Below, one piece after another: positions 62,475 through 64,000 of a DNA stretch of 64,000 bases. The position numbers were made by a program, and so were the translations under genes. The notes under the pieces are model-generated. The model saw only the letters and a list, made by a program, of their open reading frames with translations, did no database searches and was not told the origin of the DNA. The stretch is taken from positions 29,101-93,100 of the forward strand of contig CACJEH010000001.1 of assembly GCA_902592365.1 (NCBI GenBank). The letters run 5' to 3'. This DNA comes from an uncultured Alphaproteobacteria bacterium. GTDB taxonomy: Bacteria; Pseudomonadota; Alphaproteobacteria; HIMB59. Every line of letters starts with the position of its first letter. The stretch's first letter is position 1.

Positions 62475-63682
62475 TTTAATAAATCCAATAACGATTTAGC
62501 TTTTAAGTAATTTTCATGGTATTCATTTTTTGCAGTACTATCTAAAATCACGCCACTAGCAGCAAATACCTCATTATTTTTTTGAAAATTTAAAATAGAT
62601 CTAATTATTATGTTAAAACTCATATCCTGTTTAGAGCGATAGTAACCAAAAGAACCAGTATAAATTCTTCTTGGTTCTTTCTCCTCTTTATTGAGTAATT
62701 TTAAAGTATTAATTTTTGGACAACCTATAACTGAGCCACCGGGCATCATCGCCTTAATCACTGCAGATAACCTTACATTATCAAGAAGTGTTCCTGAAAT
62801 TTCAGAGACATTGTGGAAAATATATTGGTATTTTTGAACAAATTTTAAATTTTGAATTTTGACAGTGTTTGCCTTAGTTATACGACTTAAATCATTTCTT
62901 TCTAAGTCAACAATCATATTATGTTCTTTGTCCTCTTTTTGATTATTTTCAAAAAACTTTCTAGCCTCTTTTGTTGATTTTACCTTATCTCTACTTACTG
63001 TTCCTGCTATTGGGGAGGTGATGATTTTTTTTCCTTTTACCTTAAAAAGGTTTTCAGGAGAGCAACTAATTATATTAAAATCATTTGTTCTAATACAAAA
63101 AGACTCTGGACTAAGATTTTTCTTCATCAAATTGAAAAATAAATTCACTACATCTAAATCTTTTTTGTTCGAATATTTTTGAGCAATTTTTATTTGATAG
63201 GTTTCACCAGCCCTTATATTTTTTTTAAATTTATTAAAGATTTTTTCATATACTTGGACGTTTGGACTTACAGATATTTTATTGCTATTTGAAAAAGTAG
63301 TTTTATTTAAAGCTTTAAGGTCTTTTAGTAATTTTGATTTAGATTTGGTTACAATTTTAACTTGTTTATCTAAGATTATTTTAGTTTGTGGTCGAAAAAA
63401 AACTCCCTCAGGAAAAGATGAATTATCTTTGTTTACTTTTAAATTAATATTCTTACAAAGTAATTCATAACCGAAGAAGCCAATATAACAATCATAGGGT
63501 TTATTTGATTTAAATCGCTCTAATTTATTTAAAAACTTATCTAAATTACCTATATTTAAATTAACTTTTTCAGCAAAATCCGTATATATTTCGAAATTAT
63601 TTTTATCTGAGTTTCTATAAATTATTAATTCTTTATCAGAATTTAATAAAACACTGAGTATTTCAGAATTATTCATAAGCAA
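62471..63682 (-). CDS. pabB: Aminodeoxychorismate synthase component I (ATG 63676 is the likely start)
   Basis: GETYQ, SPE, PIAGT, EHNMIVDLERNDL, PGGSVIGCPK, YTGSFG. Confidence 0.85.
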   Translation of the reverse strand: MLMNNSEILSVLLNSDKELIIYRNSDKNNFEIYTDFAEKVNLNIGNLDKFLNKLERFKSNKPYDCYIGFFGYELLCKNINLKVNKDNSSFPEGVFFRPQTKIILDKQVKIVTKSKSKLLKDLKALNKTTFSNSNKISVSPNVQVYEKIFNKFKKNIRAGETYQIKIAQKYSNKKDLDVVNLFFNLMKKNLSPESFCIRTNDFNIISCSPENLFKVKGKKIITSPIAGTVSRDKVKSTKEARKFFENNQKEDKEHNMIVDLERNDLSRITKANTVKIQNLKFVQKYQYIFHNVSEISGTLLDNVRLSAVIKAMMPGGSVIGCPKINTLKLLNKEEKEPRRIYTGSFGYYRSKQDMSFNIIIRSILNFQKNNEVFAASGVILDSTAKNEYHENYLKAKSLLDLLK

Positions 63683-63745
63683 ATTTTAGTTATAAAGATT
63701 ATTTATTCAACTGAAGCGATTGCTACAATTTCACATTCATTTATG

Positions 63746-63774
63746 AAAAATGCACCCTAACCAATGGGGTGCAT
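63746..63774 (-). terminator. Intrinsic terminator after the FutA-like gene
   Basis: Minus strand ATGCACCC-N9-GGGTGCAT-TTTT. Confidence 0.7.
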
Positions 63775-63818
63775 CGGGCCTATTTGAAGCGACCAACCTT
63801 TAAAATATAAAAAATCTT

Positions 63819-64000
63819 CTACTCGTCGTAATTTATTTTATTTAAAATATTAATAACAGCTTTTCGATTTTCAGCTATTTTTAATAAATCAATATTGTCA
63901 AACTCAGCACCTCCTGCTAATTCATTAACACCATCTGATAAAGGTACTTCGGGTGAAACAGGAAATTCATTATTGTCATTTGCGTATATGCGCTGGGCTT
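63819..64000 (-). CDS. 3' end of an Fe(III) ABC substrate-binding protein (FutA/SfuA-like), partial
   Basis: Hand translation ...AQRIYANDNNEFPV...LLKIAENRKAVINILNKINYDE*, matching the AQ..YA..N.E(Y/F)PV C-terminal pattern. Confidence 0.65.
   Translation of the reverse strand, partial: AQRIYANDNNEFPVSPEVPLSDGVNELAGGAEFDNIDLLKIAENRKAVINILNKINYDE

Noticed and set aside
63683-63818. THF, ZTP or SAM riboswitch upstream of the folate operon
   Set aside because: No consensus elements recognised; only a terminator is supported.

Overview
AT-rich, densely packed chromosomal window from a streamlined marine alphaproteobacterium (SAR11/HIMB59-like; inferred from GroEL, DmdA, AmtB/GlnK and the many overlapping or abutting genes). 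It opens with the end of a very AT-rich surface-glycan locus (neuA, ABC flippase, gmhA, neuB), then groESL under a perfect CIRCE element and a run of housekeeping genes. The centre (about 24.7-45 kb) is a methylated-osmolyte catabolism neighbourhood. It holds an Ldh-2 oxidoreductase, a betaine-type ABC transporter, ALDH, an M19 amidohydrolase, a 551-aa conserved hypothetical and DUF3726 (gene content I recall for the homarine catabolic operon), plus dmdA, a TmpA/BBOX-like dioxygenase coupled to an HD-domain protein, amtB/glnK and betA. The right end carries a Zur-box COG0523-WD40 operon, an AqpS-like aquaporin, katG, a pabBAC-folPBK operon and the 3' end of a FutA-like gene. Reading the intergenic DNA gave several elements missing from the ORF track: a candidate sRNA with an anti-Shine-Dalgarno loop (19431-19489), a 27-aa bS22/mS38-like basic peptide, a 52-aa TRASH-like protein, and three small membrane peptides. 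I saw no rRNA, tRNA, CRISPR array, prophage or IS element. All family assignments come from motif recognition by eye, not from database searches.
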